Shown in pieces: positions 31,144-32,372 of a DNA stretch of 32,372 nt; positions within the stretch are counted from its first letter, which is position 1; the number at the start of each line of letters is the position of its first letter. This DNA is from Octopus bimaculoides. Lineage: Eukaryota. The stretch is from contig NC_068995.1 in the NCBI RefSeq assembly GCF_001194135.2, positions 11,089,374 to 11,121,745 on the forward strand. Direction: 5' to 3'. Under the pieces are notes generated by a model. The model ran no database searches and was not told the origin of the DNA. It saw only the letters and a list, made by a program, of their open reading frames with translations. The position numbers and the translations under genes were made by a program.

Positions 31144-32065
31144 NNNNNNNNNNNNNNNNNNNNNNNNNNNNNNNNNNNNNNNNNNNNNNNNNNNNNNNNN
31201 NNNNNNNNNNNNNNNNNNNNNNNNNNNNNNNNNNNNNNNNNNNNNNNNNNNNNNNNNNNNNNNNNNNNNNNNNNNNNNNNNNNNNNNNNNNNNNNNNNNN
31301 NNNNNNNNNNNNNNNNNNNNNNNNNNNNNNNNNNNNNNNNNNNNNNNNNNNNNNNNNNNNNNNNNNNNNNNNNNNNNNNNNNNNNNNNNNNNNNNNNNNN
31401 NNNNNNNNNNNNNNNNNNNNNNNNNNNNNNNNNNNNNNNNNNNNNNNNNNNNNNNNNNNNNNNNNNNNNNNNNNNNNNNNNNNNNNNNNNNNNNNNNNNN
31501 NNNNNNNNNNNNNNNNNNNNNNNNNNNNNNNNNNNNNNNNNNNNNNNNNNNNNNNNNNNNNNNNNNNNNNNNNNNNNNNNNNNNNNNNNNNNNNNNNNNN
31601 NNNNNNNNNNNNNNNNNNNNNNNNNNNNNNNNNNNNNNNNNNNNNNNNNNNNNNNNNNNNNNNNNNNNNNNNNNNNNNNNNNNNNNNNNNNNNNNNNNNN
31701 NNNNNNNNNNNNNNNNNNNNNNNNNNNNNNNNNNNNNNNNNNNNNNNNNNNNNNNNNNNNNNNNNNNNNNNNNNNNNNTATATATATATATATATATATA
31801 ACGTAATATATCAAAACATAAATATAAGCTATATGTAAACAGTAGCATATACGTGTGTAGGTGTGTATACATATGTGTGTGTGTATATATATATATTTAT
31901 GTGAGAATGTGTGTCTATATATTTGTATGAATGTGTATGTATATATATTAGTATAAACATATCTGTAATGATGATAATAATGTCATATATGCATTCAAAA
32001 TGTGTATATTTTTGAAACATCTATCTATCTATCTATCTATCTACCTGTCTGTCTGTCTGTCTGTA

Positions 32066-32111
<46 letters not shown>

Positions 32112-32238
32112 CATGCATACATACATACATTCTTGGTTAGCTGTAGAAGGGGCAAAAATTCATTGCTTCGTATGGTCTTTTAGACCGATGAAGTTAACAG
32201 GGCACAGGTTTATTTGTTTTATATATTTATAAACATTG

Positions 32239-32295
<57 letters not shown>

Positions 32296-32372
32296 TAAAT
32301 GGTATAATTATGCATATGTATGTGCGTATATATCTGTGAATGTACGCATACATGTAATATATATACATATAT

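Noticed and set aside
640-32232. All ORFs in the supplied track as host genes
   Set aside because: They are microsatellite translations (YIYI, HTHT, CVCV, LSIY), N-run read-throughs, or frames within or antisense to SINE/LINE relics; none resembles a protein family I recognise.

Overview
AT-rich eukaryotic genomic DNA from a short-read scaffold. It has 11 N-gaps, nearly all flanked by TA/CA microsatellites. The repeat content looks like a cephalopod, probably Octopus (inference from the tRNA-headed SINEs and microsatellite density, not from a database search). I found no credible host protein-coding exon, rRNA or tRNA gene; the supplied ORFs are microsatellite, N-run or antisense artefacts. 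The window is a transposon graveyard: about 30 copies or fragments of four tRNA-derived SINE families (my labels A-D), at least six fossil RTE-clade LINE fragments, mariner- and pogo-like MITEs, and a 183-bp foldback palindrome. The most interesting signal is a set of hammerhead-ribozyme (HHR) motifs of the minimal type-I, Penelope/retrozyme kind. Two sit head-to-head in a ~275-bp palindrome (6924-7198); each is defective, but their consensus rebuilds a canonical core. One at 1216-1295 (minus) has an intact core and a GNRA-capped extended stem II. Weaker relics lie at 27959-28018 and 6541-6634. Also notable: a fossil RTE whose reading frame is restored by excising a three-SINE array at a target-site duplication, and an RTE 3' end with a twin-priming-like inversion. 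Alignments, translations and folds were done by eye and need computational confirmation.
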